Of a DNA stretch of 52,885 nucleotides, positions 44,563-52,885 are shown piece by piece. Numbering within the stretch: position 1 is the stretch's first letter; each line of letters begins with the position of its first letter. The notes below the pieces were generated by a model. It saw nothing but the letters and a program-made list of their open reading frames with translations, was not told where the DNA came from and searched no databases. Source of the stretch: an uncultured Faecalibacterium sp. (GTDB lineage Bacteria; Bacillota; Clostridia; Christensenellales; Aristaeellaceae); NCBI GenBank assembly GCA_964391995.1, contig CAYMOM010000001.1, forward strand, positions 1 to 52,885. The letters run 5' to 3'. A program made the position numbers and the translations under genes.

Positions 44563-46783
44563 TTTCGGCCCACCTCTCTTTCATCCGCCGGATACGCTCG
44601 GTAATGATCTTGGGCACCTCCACCTTGGGCGCATCGGGATGGAGCAGCCAGGTGGCAGCATAATGCGTTGGAGAAACCTCATACATGGGCGGCTGCACCT
44701 CAAAATCGATTTCCAGGGCGTACTTGTTCCTTTCGGCAAAGGCATCACCCACAGGGGGATAGATCATGTTGGGCGGCGTGCCGGGGATGGCGTCCAGCTT
44801 CTCATTGGTATCCAGGTCGGGCATGGAGGACAGCAGCGCCCAGGTGTAGGGGTGCTGCGGGTTGTAGAAAACCTCTTCCGCCGTGCCATACTCCACAATC
44901 TTGCCGGCATACATCACGGCAATTCGATCCGCCATGTTGGCAACAACGCCCAGGTCATGGGTGATGAAAATGATGGAAAGATTGCGCTCCTTCTTCAGCC
45001 GGTTGATCAGCTCCAGAATCTGCGCCTGGATGGTCACGTCAAGGGCGGTGGTAGGCTCATCGCAGATGAGAATATCAGGGTTGGCAGAAAGCGCGATGGC
45101 GATCACGATGCGCTGGCGCATGCCGCCGGAGAATTCGAAGGGATACTGGCGGTAGCGCATTCTGGCCTCGGGAATGCCAACCTCCTCCATGAGCTTGATG
45201 GCCTTTTCCTTGGCGATGCGCTTGGTCAGCGTATAAACCACCTGGGAAGCCTTTTCCTTCAGGAAATCGATGATCTCCGTGCAGCGCTTGTCCGCATCAA
45301 AGTCACCAGCGGCAGCAATATCGGCCTCAAAGCGGTTCAGTACCCGGTTGAGGATGGAATCGATTGCGGCAATCTGCACCTCAGGCTCGATAACGGATTT
45401 GGGAACGATCTTCCAATCCACCTTCTTGCCCTTGGCCAGCAGTGCCTCGCGCTGCTTGGTCTGCCGGGCAAAGCGGGCCTCCTCCTTGGGGTTGTTCTTC
45501 AGATAGAAGAAGTATTTCTCCACTTCCCTTTCCAGCGCGCTGCCAAAGGTATACGCCACGCTGTCCTTAACGATGGCCAGAGGATCGATGGCGGCAGAAA
45601 CGCTGGCATTGACCTGCTTGCAGTGCTTTTCAGCATCCTGGGCGGTGAAGTTGCCGGCCTTGAAGAAGCTGCTGGCACGCTTGATTTCCTCCACGGCGGT
45701 CTTCTTGTTCTGAATCGTCTTGTCAAAGGAATACTGGATTGCCTTGCGCACCAGCACCATGAAGGAATCCATAAAGTCCTCGTCAAGGAACTTCACAGCC
45801 ATTTCATTGGCTTCGTCGGCAGGCATCTGGCTCAGGTCGCTGTTGGGGTGCTTCAGCACATAGTAACCAATGCGGAAGAAGTTATACAGGGGCAATTCCA
45901 GCATTTCCCGGGCGGTTTTTTCCAGCTCCTGGAGCTTTTCAGCCGTTTCGGGGGATGCCTCGTTCTTGGATGCGCCATTGCCCGCCAGCTTCCTGAAAAC
46001 TTCCAGGGTGGACACCTTGGCCCGCTCGGCTTTCAGGACGGTATCAATAGCCGCCAGGTGCTCCTTCAGCCGCGCGGCATAGCTGGAAATGAAGTAATGA
46101 TCCTTGATTTCCCGAAGCCTGCTCTTAATCAGGTTCAGGGAAGACACCACATCCACCTTCTGCCGGTTCTCGGTCATGAAGAGCAGATCCTCGATGGCGG
46201 AGATCATTTCCTCCGCGGCGGTGCGGGAATCATTATAGCTGTTTTCCAACTTGATGGCCTGGATGTTGAAGCTGTCGAAGGTCTTGATGAAATGATCCAC
46301 CTCGGCATCGGTGATGCTGTTCTTGGGATCCTCATGCAGGGCCTTTTTGATGGTTTCGGAAAGGATGGTCAGGGTCTTGTTGAAGGTCACGCGGCCTTCC
46401 TTGCGGTTGGCCTTGTTCTTCAGGAGCATGGCCTCGGTAATCTGCTTGCCGATGCGCATGATGGGGTTCAGGGAGGAAAGAGGATCCTGGAAGATCATGG
46501 CGATCTTGTCGCCGCGCAGCTTGTGCATTTCCTCCTCGGGGATGCGGGTCAGGTCCTGGCCGTCGTAGAGGATTTCGCCGCCCTCATAGATGGAGTTGCC
46601 GGCAGAAATGCCCATGATGGCCTTGGAAGTTACGGACTTGCCGGAGCCGGACTCGCCCACGATAGCCAGTGTTTCGCCCTTGTAGAGGTCGAAGGAGATG
46701 TCACGCACAGCCTGCACCTTGCCGGCATCTGTGCGGAAGGAGATTTTCAGATCATTGACGGACAGTTTAATCTCTTTATTCAT
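44549..46783 (-). CDS. Oligopeptide-type ABC transporter ATP-binding protein (OppD-like) with about 400-aa insertion
   Basis: ORF track, 744 aa. Walker A GESGSGKS (about residue 45), Q-loop AMIFQDP (about 97), signature FSGGMRQR only at about residue 545, Walker B LICDEPTTALD, C-terminal oligopeptide-ATPase extension. Confidence 0.85.
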   Translation of the reverse strand: MNKEIKLSVNDLKISFRTDAGKVQAVRDISFDLYKGETLAIVGESGSGKSVTSKAIMGISAGNSIYEGGEILYDGQDLTRIPEEEMHKLRGDKIAMIFQDPLSSLNPIMRIGKQITEAMLLKNKANRKEGRVTFNKTLTILSETIKKALHEDPKNSITDAEVDHFIKTFDSFNIQAIKLENSYNDSRTAAEEMISAIEDLLFMTENRQKVDVVSSLNLIKSRLREIKDHYFISSYAARLKEHLAAIDTVLKAERAKVSTLEVFRKLAGNGASKNEASPETAEKLQELEKTAREMLELPLYNFFRIGYYVLKHPNSDLSQMPADEANEMAVKFLDEDFMDSFMVLVRKAIQYSFDKTIQNKKTAVEEIKRASSFFKAGNFTAQDAEKHCKQVNASVSAAIDPLAIVKDSVAYTFGSALEREVEKYFFYLKNNPKEEARFARQTKQREALLAKGKKVDWKIVPKSVIEPEVQIAAIDSILNRVLNRFEADIAAAGDFDADKRCTEIIDFLKEKASQVVYTLTKRIAKEKAIKLMEEVGIPEARMRYRQYPFEFSGGMRQRIVIAIALSANPDILICDEPTTALDVTIQAQILELINRLKKERNLSIIFITHDLGVVANMADRIAVMYAGKIVEYGTAEEVFYNPQHPYTWALLSSMPDLDTNEKLDAIPGTPPNMIYPPVGDAFAERNKYALEIDFEVQPPMYEVSPTHYAATWLLHPDAPKVEVPKIITERIRRMKERWAENGES

Positions 46784-46785
46784 GC

Positions 46786-48372
46786 TTAATCCTCCGTTCC
46801 TCTCAGAGAAGGATTGAACGCATCGCGCAATCCGTTGCCGAACAGGTTAAAGCTCAGCATCAGCAGGATCAGGAACAGGCAGGGGAAGAGAGCCACATAG
46901 GCTGCATCGGCGGTGATGGATTGCTGGCCTGCCGCAATCAGCGTGCCCACAGAGGTGGTATTGCCTGCCTCCAGATTGATGATGCCCAGATAGGTAAGGC
47001 TGGTTTCGGAGTAAATCATGCCGGGGATCACCAGCGCGGCGCTGGTCACGATGGTGCCAAGGCCGTTGGGGAAAATGTGCTTGAACATGATGCGGGAATC
47101 CCGGGCGCCCAGCGTTCTTGCCGCCAGAACGTATTCCTGGTTCTTGAAGCGGTAGAACTGCATGCGTGTGGTGCCTGCCATGCCAATCCAGCCTGTGACA
47201 AAGAAGGCTATAAACAGCACCAGCGCCTGGCTGGAAGCGCCCATATGATACTTGAGCAGGGTGATGACGATCATGGTGGGCACGGAACCCAGAATATCTG
47301 CGATGCGCTCCATATACAGGTCAACCCTGCCGCCGCTGTAGCCGGAAATGGAGCCCCAGATTACGCCCACAATGAAATTGACAACTGCAACAACCGTGGC
47401 AAACACGAAAGAGAAGCGTGCGCCATAGGCCAGGCAGGCGAAGATATCCTTGCCGGTCTGGGTGGTACCGAAGATGAACGTAGGCTCCGTAATGCCGTCC
47501 TTGAGCACCTCGGTATGCTGATAGATATAGTATTCGTAATACTCGGCACGAACCTCAATACCGCCGTCCACCTTGCGGCCGTAGGCGTAGTAGTAGGTCT
47601 TGCCCTTATCCTGGATGCCGTTTTCGCCCTCAATGCGCAGGGAATTGTACTCCGGGATGGAGGTGCTGGCCTTGCCATCTTCGTACCGCCAATAGTTGTT
47701 GACGATGTTCCCTTCCTTGTCCAGCTTGGGCCGGACAACGGAGGCCTTGGCGTTTTCCAGCTTATAGTAGATATTGGCATCGTACTTGTTCTTTTCCAGG
47801 CTCGGCCTGTCCGAAACCTTGACGATGGGATAGAGCACCTGCCGGCCCGTTCTCAGCTGATATTCCTGGATGGAATTGAATTCCTCGGTGGAGATGGTCT
47901 TATACTTGCCAAAGCCCACGCCATAATAGGTATCATAGCGATAGGTGTATTCCTTGCCATCCTCGCTGATGGTGTATTCGCCGTTCTTGATGACCTCTCT
48001 GCCCGTTTCAACGGCAATAGCCAGATCCTTCAGGTAGCCCACATAGCTGGTGGTCTTGCTCTTGCAGCCATCCCAGAAATTGATGTCGCTTTCGGCAAAG
48101 CAGTTCAGCTTGGGATAGGCATAGGCATAGACCATATCATAATAGGCAGGCTTAAAGGGGGTGAAGTAGGGTGCGATAAGCGCGAAAAGCACCAGCACGG
48201 CAATCACCGTGCCGCCGACCACGGCGCCCTTATTCCTGCTGAAGCGCTGGAAGGCACCCTGGAAATAGCTTACGGGCTTGGTTTCGAATTTGTTGTCGTG
48301 CAACAAATCATTTCTGGTAGCAAATCGAAGCTTTGAAACATCAATGTCCACGGGAATATTCTTCTTGTCCAT
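46786..48372 (-). CDS. Oligopeptide-type ABC permease (OppC-like) with about 230-aa extracytoplasmic insertion after TM1
   Basis: ORF track, 528 aa. The C-terminal 230 aa is a canonical BPD-type permease core (ARTLGARDSRIMFKHIFPN). Confidence 0.85.
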   Translation of the reverse strand: MDKKNIPVDIDVSKLRFATRNDLLHDNKFETKPVSYFQGAFQRFSRNKGAVVGGTVIAVLVLFALIAPYFTPFKPAYYDMVYAYAYPKLNCFAESDINFWDGCKSKTTSYVGYLKDLAIAVETGREVIKNGEYTISEDGKEYTYRYDTYYGVGFGKYKTISTEEFNSIQEYQLRTGRQVLYPIVKVSDRPSLEKNKYDANIYYKLENAKASVVRPKLDKEGNIVNNYWRYEDGKASTSIPEYNSLRIEGENGIQDKGKTYYYAYGRKVDGGIEVRAEYYEYYIYQHTEVLKDGITEPTFIFGTTQTGKDIFACLAYGARFSFVFATVVAVVNFIVGVIWGSISGYSGGRVDLYMERIADILGSVPTMIVITLLKYHMGASSQALVLFIAFFVTGWIGMAGTTRMQFYRFKNQEYVLAARTLGARDSRIMFKHIFPNGLGTIVTSAALVIPGMIYSETSLTYLGIINLEAGNTTSVGTLIAAGQQSITADAAYVALFPCLFLILLMLSFNLFGNGLRDAFNPSLRGTED

Positions 48373-48374
48373 CT

Positions 48375-49382
48375 TTATTTCGCTCCCATTCTAATTCTCG
48401 GGTCAATGAAGCCGTAGCTGATATCGATTACGATACTGGCAGTCAGGCTGACCAAAGTGTAGAAGCCGGACAGCAGCATGAAGAAGTCATAGTCCTGGAA
48501 GGTAATGGAGTTCAGATACAGGCCGCCCACGCCGTTGATGCCGAACATTTTTTCAATGATCAGCGAGCCGGAAAGCACAGAAACGAACTCGCTCAGAATG
48601 GAGGGGAAAATGACCACCATGGAATTGCGCATGGCATGGCGGTAGATGGCCTGCCGCTTGGTGAGTCCCTTGGTTCTGGCCAGCAGCATAAATTCGCCGG
48701 TAAGCACCTCGGAAAGCTCGGCGCGGGTATAGCGGGCATATCCGGCAATGGAGCCCAGGCACAGCGCAAACACCGCGGGCAGCATGGAGCGGAACACAGG
48801 CCAGGAGAAATAATCGTTGCTGGTGGACATGGTTAACGGGAACCAGTTGAGCTTAAAGCAGAACACATACTGGATGATCAGCGCCAGTACGATGGAAGGT
48901 ACGGAAATCAGAAGAATAATGACAACGTTAATCAGCTGATCCTGCCATTTATTCTTTTTCAGCGCTGCGATGATGCCCAGCGCCAGGCCGATCGGCACAC
49001 CGATCAGGGTGGAATAGATGTTAATCAGAATCGTGGGTGGCAGATGCTTGACAAAGACCTGCCAGATATCCATGTTCAGATATTCGCCATAGGTGGTGGC
49101 GATGCCGAAATCGCCCTTGGTAATGATGCGGGAAAGATAGTTGCCAAACTGGAGGAAGATGGGCACCCGGTCGTAATTATAGACGCCGTTGGCACCCTTC
49201 CGGATGTTGGTAATCCAGCCGCGGCCCTCCAGGGTTTTCATGACAACCTCGGGATCCTGGCCGGGCAGTGCGGTGGTGGGGATGGGCAGGAGTTTGATCA
49301 GGACGAAGCTCATCGTGAAGATGATGCTGAATGTAAGCAGCATCAAGCCCAAGCGCTTCGACACATATTTAAACATATACAT
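48375..49382 (-). CDS. Oligopeptide-type ABC permease (OppB-like)
   Basis: ORF-track 48375..49505 trimmed to M42 (MYMFKYVSKRLGLMLLTF...), 8 nt after SD GAGGAG. Contains LARTKGLTKRQAIYRHAMRNS. Confidence 0.85.
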   Translation of the reverse strand: MYMFKYVSKRLGLMLLTFSIIFTMSFVLIKLLPIPTTALPGQDPEVVMKTLEGRGWITNIRKGANGVYNYDRVPIFLQFGNYLSRIITKGDFGIATTYGEYLNMDIWQVFVKHLPPTILINIYSTLIGVPIGLALGIIAALKKNKWQDQLINVVIILLISVPSIVLALIIQYVFCFKLNWFPLTMSTSNDYFSWPVFRSMLPAVFALCLGSIAGYARYTRAELSEVLTGEFMLLARTKGLTKRQAIYRHAMRNSMVVIFPSILSEFVSVLSGSLIIEKMFGINGVGGLYLNSITFQDYDFFMLLSGFYTLVSLTASIVIDISYGFIDPRIRMGAK

Positions 49383-49443
49383 AGGTTTTTCTCCTCTGTT
49401 TTGTTGTTTTCCGTTTTTAGTGTCTGAGCCACATAGCAGCTGA

Positions 49444-49479
49444 CAAAAAGGCGCTGCGTGAAGAATGCTTCTGTGCGCC
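49444..49479 (-). terminator. Terminator-like hairpin in the binding-protein/permease spacer
   Basis: Minus strand: GGCGC-aca-GAAG-catt-CTTC-acgca-GCGCC followed by TTTTTG, about 60 nt upstream of the oppB-like ATG. Confidence 0.4.
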
Positions 49480-49702
49480 GCCGTCAGCCTGATGCTCAAT
49501 AACATTCAGTCCGTCCGATGCCGGTTGGCATTCCTTCGGCCCGATGCTCACAAACATCGAAATAGCTGCTGCTGCAGCCATTTTCTTGATCGGCCGCCTG
49601 GCTTTTTATCCGCGCGGCCATGGGATTTGCTGGTTGCTTCAGGGGGAGATACCTGTTTGCTGCGGTTGGGGGCGCCTGATGAATCTTTTTTTGACACATA
49701 TG

Positions 49703-49766
49703 CCGCAAACAAGCGGTGAGCGCAGAGGCCCACCGCCGTTTGCGGTCATTTCATCCGAGGGATGAA
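49703..49766 (-). other. Two stem-loops immediately downstream of the binding-protein gene
   Basis: TTCATCC-ctc-GGATGAA (49766..49750), and the composite CCGCAAAC-G-GCGGTG-(12 nt)-CACCGC-TT-GTTTGCGG (49745..49703). Neither is followed by a U-tract on the minus strand. Confidence 0.5.
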
Positions 49767-49778
49767 GAAGCCTTCAAA

Positions 49779-52307
49779 TTACTCGGACTTACGGTACTCG
49801 GCAGACAGGTCGTTGTTGTTGGCAGCAACGAACTCGGTCCACTCGGCATCGGTGTAGTTGACTTCCATGTAGCGGATGCCACCGAAGCCCATGAACACGT
49901 TATCCTCGTTGGAGATGTAGGACAGCTTCGCGCCCAGGAAGGATCCGCCGCCGTCAGCGATCAGCATAACGGAACGGGACTCCTTGATGGTCAGCTCTTC
50001 CAGAGCGGAGAGGATCATCAGCCGGGTCTCAACGGGAGCCTTGCCGGAACCCCAGTCATAGGTATTGATTTGGTTATTCTCAGCAGCAACGCCGTTGAGG
50101 CAATAGTACCAGTTCGCCACGTTCATGGTGATGGTTTCGCCAGCGCCTTCGTAATCGCCGGCGGGCAGGGTCAGGGTCATGTCGATGGCGGTGGTATCCC
50201 AGTACTGGTGATAGTTCAGGGAATCCTCGGGATTAACGAAAGCACCCACGATGTCATAGGGGTTGAAGGCGTTGCCGGAGAAGCCGTAGCCGAAGCCGAT
50301 CTGGGTAGAACCGCTGCGGAAGGCTTCCGCCCACTGGGCGCCGGCGGAGGCGTCAAACACCACGTCGATCTTGTCTTCCAGCTCGGTGCCGGCAGTCAGG
50401 TCGTCCAGCACATCCTGCAGATAGCCGGCGCGGAAGCGCTGCTTGTCATTGTCAACAGAGGAGCCGTACACCAGGGTGATGTTCTTGGTGGCATCGTAGC
50501 CGTACTTCTCGGGATCAGCATTCAGGATAGCGATGGCTTCCTTAATCTTTTCCTTAGCCACGGTGGGGTTGTAGCCGGTCAGGGTCTCATAGGCTTCATC
50601 GGTATCCATGCCGGACATGTCGCCGGTAGCCCACAGGCCGTCCTCGCCCTGGGTGTAGCCATAGGCGCGCAGAACGCCTTCCTTGGCGATGGTGGCGTTG
50701 CGGTACTGGCCGCCGTCATCCAGGTCAGAGGAGTTCTCGATATCATAGTAGTAGCCGCTGTTCAGCAGGCCGAAGCAGGGAATAGCCGTGCCGGGCCAGA
50801 TCTTTTCCACGATGTCGCTGCGGTTCAGGGACAGGTTGAAGGCATGACGGAACTCCTGGATGGCCAGGATGCCGTTGTTCCGGCCGCTGTTCTTCAGAAC
50901 GGACAGGTCGGAGAACAGCTGCATGCCGAAGGTGCCGGTGGAGGTAGAGGTGAAGTAGAGGTACTTGGAATCCAGGTACTCGCCGACGTTCTCGGTCTGC
51001 AGCTCGCCGTCGTCATAGCTGCCGTTCAGGAAGCCCATCCAGCGGGTGGCAAACTCTTCCACCTTGCGGCAGTTGATGGCGGTGATGTTGTACTGGTTCT
51101 TGTACTCTTCCATGTTCCAGCCGAACCAGTTCTCGTTCTTTTCCAGACGATAGTGGGAACCGGCCTCGAACTCAACCAGCTTGTAGGGGCCCCAGCTGGC
51201 AGTGGTTTCCAGAGAGGAGTTGTAGTTGGAGGTCCACAGGGTCGCGCCGGCAGCGGGAGCGATCTTGGAAGCCTCGTACTTTTCCTTGTGAACCAGGGGC
51301 AGGCTGGACAGGTAGTAGGGCGCCCAAACGGACAGGGAGCCATCTTCCTTCAGGAAATCGAAGGAAACGCCCAGGCAGATGACGATGGCATTCTCTTCAG
51401 GAATGGCATAAACGCCAACACGGTCCCAAGCAACATCGCGGTCGGTGTTCTCGGAGTAGATGGTAGCGTCATAGCCGTAGCCAGCGCCGGGCTCCATGTA
51501 GGCGGCATAGCCCGCATACAGATCAGCACCGGAGAAGGCATCGGTCTTTTCGGCATTGTCGTAGATGGTGGTGTCGGTCACAGACACATACTCGGGGCAC
51601 TCGTTGCCATCGGCATCGGTGTAGCCCTGAGCGCCCCACAGATTCCACACGTTGGCATACACGGTCTCGCCGGCTTCCAGCGCTTCCTGGATGGAGGCAT
51701 AGCCCTTGGAGCCCAGGGTGTCATAGGTGCCTTCTTCGTTCTGGAAGAAATAGCTCTTGGCGCCCTTGATTTTCAGGGTATCGTAGTAGGTGTTGGCGCG
51801 GAAGTTCATGAAGGCAGGATCCAGCAGCTGCTGCATGGAGTACTCGAAATCCGCAGCAGTGATGGCGGTGCCGTCATCCCACTTCAGGTCATCGCGCAGG
51901 GTGATCTTCCAGGCATAGCCGCCCTTGGCCTTTTCCTCTTCGGTGTAGCCCCACTTGGCGTCAACAGTGGCGGTCACATCCTCCAGCTTGGTGGCGGCGG
52001 TGTAATTGGTGGTGTAAGCGCCGGGAACGATGCCATCCTTGTTGATGGTGCCGTCCTCGTTGTACTTCTTATCGTCCTCGAACTTGTAATCGTAGGAGTA
52101 GAAGGAGGAGGCGATGTAGTCCATGATCTGGGTGTCATTGTTGTCGGCGTAGGTGAATTCATTCCAGTTGCTGGGCATGGTCTGCGTGGTGGTATTGTAC
52201 TCTGCCTGCTTGTAAGCAGTCTGTTCGGCAGACGCAGTCGCAAGCATGCTCATGCCGAGCATCAGGCACAAAACAACCGAGACAACAGACTTCAGGGTTT
52301 TGTTCAT
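49779..52307 (-). CDS. Oversized extracellular solute-binding protein, family 5 (OppA-like), about 840 aa
   Basis: ORF-track 49779..52361 (TTG) trimmed to M19 (MNKTLKSVVSVVLCLMLGMSMLATASAEQ...), 7 nt after SD GGAGGG. ATGs at 52346/52340 are alternatives. Confidence 0.85.
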   Translation of the reverse strand: MNKTLKSVVSVVLCLMLGMSMLATASAEQTAYKQAEYNTTTQTMPSNWNEFTYADNNDTQIMDYIASSFYSYDYKFEDDKKYNEDGTINKDGIVPGAYTTNYTAATKLEDVTATVDAKWGYTEEEKAKGGYAWKITLRDDLKWDDGTAITAADFEYSMQQLLDPAFMNFRANTYYDTLKIKGAKSYFFQNEEGTYDTLGSKGYASIQEALEAGETVYANVWNLWGAQGYTDADGNECPEYVSVTDTTIYDNAEKTDAFSGADLYAGYAAYMEPGAGYGYDATIYSENTDRDVAWDRVGVYAIPEENAIVICLGVSFDFLKEDGSLSVWAPYYLSSLPLVHKEKYEASKIAPAAGATLWTSNYNSSLETTASWGPYKLVEFEAGSHYRLEKNENWFGWNMEEYKNQYNITAINCRKVEEFATRWMGFLNGSYDDGELQTENVGEYLDSKYLYFTSTSTGTFGMQLFSDLSVLKNSGRNNGILAIQEFRHAFNLSLNRSDIVEKIWPGTAIPCFGLLNSGYYYDIENSSDLDDGGQYRNATIAKEGVLRAYGYTQGEDGLWATGDMSGMDTDEAYETLTGYNPTVAKEKIKEAIAILNADPEKYGYDATKNITLVYGSSVDNDKQRFRAGYLQDVLDDLTAGTELEDKIDVVFDASAGAQWAEAFRSGSTQIGFGYGFSGNAFNPYDIVGAFVNPEDSLNYHQYWDTTAIDMTLTLPAGDYEGAGETITMNVANWYYCLNGVAAENNQINTYDWGSGKAPVETRLMILSALEELTIKESRSVMLIADGGGSFLGAKLSYISNEDNVFMGFGGIRYMEVNYTDAEWTEFVAANNNDLSAEYRKSE

Positions 52308-52423
52308 GATGTTTCCCTCCACTTTTATTTTTTTCTTCATCTTCATCCGTGCCTTCTGCAAATCCGCTTACCGGAACCCTCATCGGCATGCAGAAAAGCC
52401 GCATGAATATAAAGATATTAAAT

Positions 52424-52452
52424 ATTATACCGTGTTCTTCACTTTGTGTCAA
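52424..52452 (-). promoter_or_regulatory. Consensus sigma-A promoter of the Opp-like operon
   Basis: Minus strand: TTGACA (52452..52447), 17 nt, TATAAT (52429..52424). Predicted 5' UTR of about 110 nt. Confidence 0.65.
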
Positions 52453-52508
52453 CCATTTTGGACAAAAAAGGCCCAGAAAACCACACAAAAGCGCATGTTT
52501 GCTGTTTT

Positions 52509-52539
52509 CCATCGCCATGCATATCATGCACGGCGATGG
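52509..52539. promoter_or_regulatory. 31-bp near-perfect palindrome upstream of the Opp-like promoter
   Basis: CCATCGCC-ATGCAtatcaTGCAc-GGCGATGG. Lies 57 bp upstream of the -35 and 72 bp beyond the transposase stop. Could be an operator or an IS-end structure. Confidence 0.35.
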
Positions 52540-52610
52540 GTGTCGAAAAAATGGCAAAGCCACTTTTTCGAGGATTTGCGCTCCGTTACTGCCTGGCCTG
52601 CAAGCAGGCC

Positions 52611-52885
52611 TCAGCCCGCCCACAAAGCCCTGATTCCCACCAGAATCAGGGGTTTGTGCGCGCAAGGAGAAGCCAGAAACCGAAACGCAAATAAAAAAGA
52701 AGCCTTGATCAGGCGTTTGATGTTTTGGACAGCGGCGGTCAGGAAGCACTGTTCGCGCATGTTCTGAAGGCCGAGCATGCGCGCAAAGCGGAGGCCATGA
52801 TTGACCTTCGCTTCGGCAAAAGAGCGCTCGACCGTTTCTTTTCGCCAGGCATACAGCCGCCTTCCGTTAGGCGATTTGGTAAATG
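52611..52885 (-). mobile_element. 3' end of an IS1182/IS5-type DDE transposase gene (last 90 codons; rest lies right of the window)
   Basis: Own minus-strand translation: ...FTKSPNGRRLYAWRKETVERSFAEAKVNHGLRFARMLGLQNMREQCFLTAAVQNIKRLIKASFLF...LWAG, stop TGA 52613..52611. The ERxFxxxKxxxGxRxxRxxGLxxVxxxxxLxAxxxNxxRL pattern is the typical C-terminus of this transposase superfamily. Confidence 0.6.

Noticed and set aside
49496-49765. Overlapping 60-85-aa ORFs on both strands of the binding-protein/permease spacer.
   Set aside because: They are mutually overlapping, have no SD, and have composition dictated by GC-rich stem-loops. I treat the region as structured non-coding RNA/DNA.
52159-52767. 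ORFs -52159..52749 and +52246..52767 spanning the Opp promoter region and the IS end.
   Set aside because: They cross a consensus promoter, an AT-rich UTR and palindromes, and are out of frame with the recognisable transposase C-terminus. No SD or family signal is present.

Overview
This is a 52.9-kb high-GC chromosomal segment. Gene content and AGGAGG-type ribosome-binding sites (SD) look Firmicutes/Clostridia-like, which is an inference. I call 45 protein-coding genes, about 80% on the minus strand, and see no rRNA, tRNA or CRISPR.

Most of the content is housekeeping:
- partial phosphohexomutase; trmO plus two tandem M28-like peptidases; iscR-nifS-nifU
- GH5 glycanase; VanW-like protein; the tilS-hpt-ftsH cluster; two PHP phosphoesterases; a LysM protein
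- a sugar-binding-fold/GGDEF cyclase; a beta-class DNA methyltransferase; UPF0340; ftsK; an M16 peptidase
- an FHA-ftsW-PBP2 cell-wall operon; metQNI; an SH3-repeat protein; GH27 alpha-galactosidase; an L,D-transpeptidase
- an atypically enlarged, lower-GC Opp-like ABC operon; the 3' end of an IS1182/IS5-type transposase at the right edge

Nearly all long ORF-track entries on the opposite strand are antisense shadows typical of high-GC DNA.

The most interesting signals:
1. Upstream of metQNI there is a near-consensus promoter, then a 32-codon ORF with 10 Met and 2 Cys codons, an intrinsic terminator and a second small ORF. This is a candidate methionine-sensing leader-peptide attenuator, with no S-box or T-box visible.
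2. MetQ itself appears circularly permuted.
3. A modular three-hairpin intergenic repeat family has 6 copies. Its stems show compensatory changes, one mismatch is conserved in every copy, and most copies abut a stop codon.
4. The Opp-like transporter carries about 400-aa and 110-aa insertions in its ATPases and has an oversized binding protein and permease.
5. Two identical 28-bp hairpins bracket a 186-bp low-GC non-coding segment.

All coordinates were derived by hand from the printed sequence and cross-checked against ORF-track boundaries where possible.
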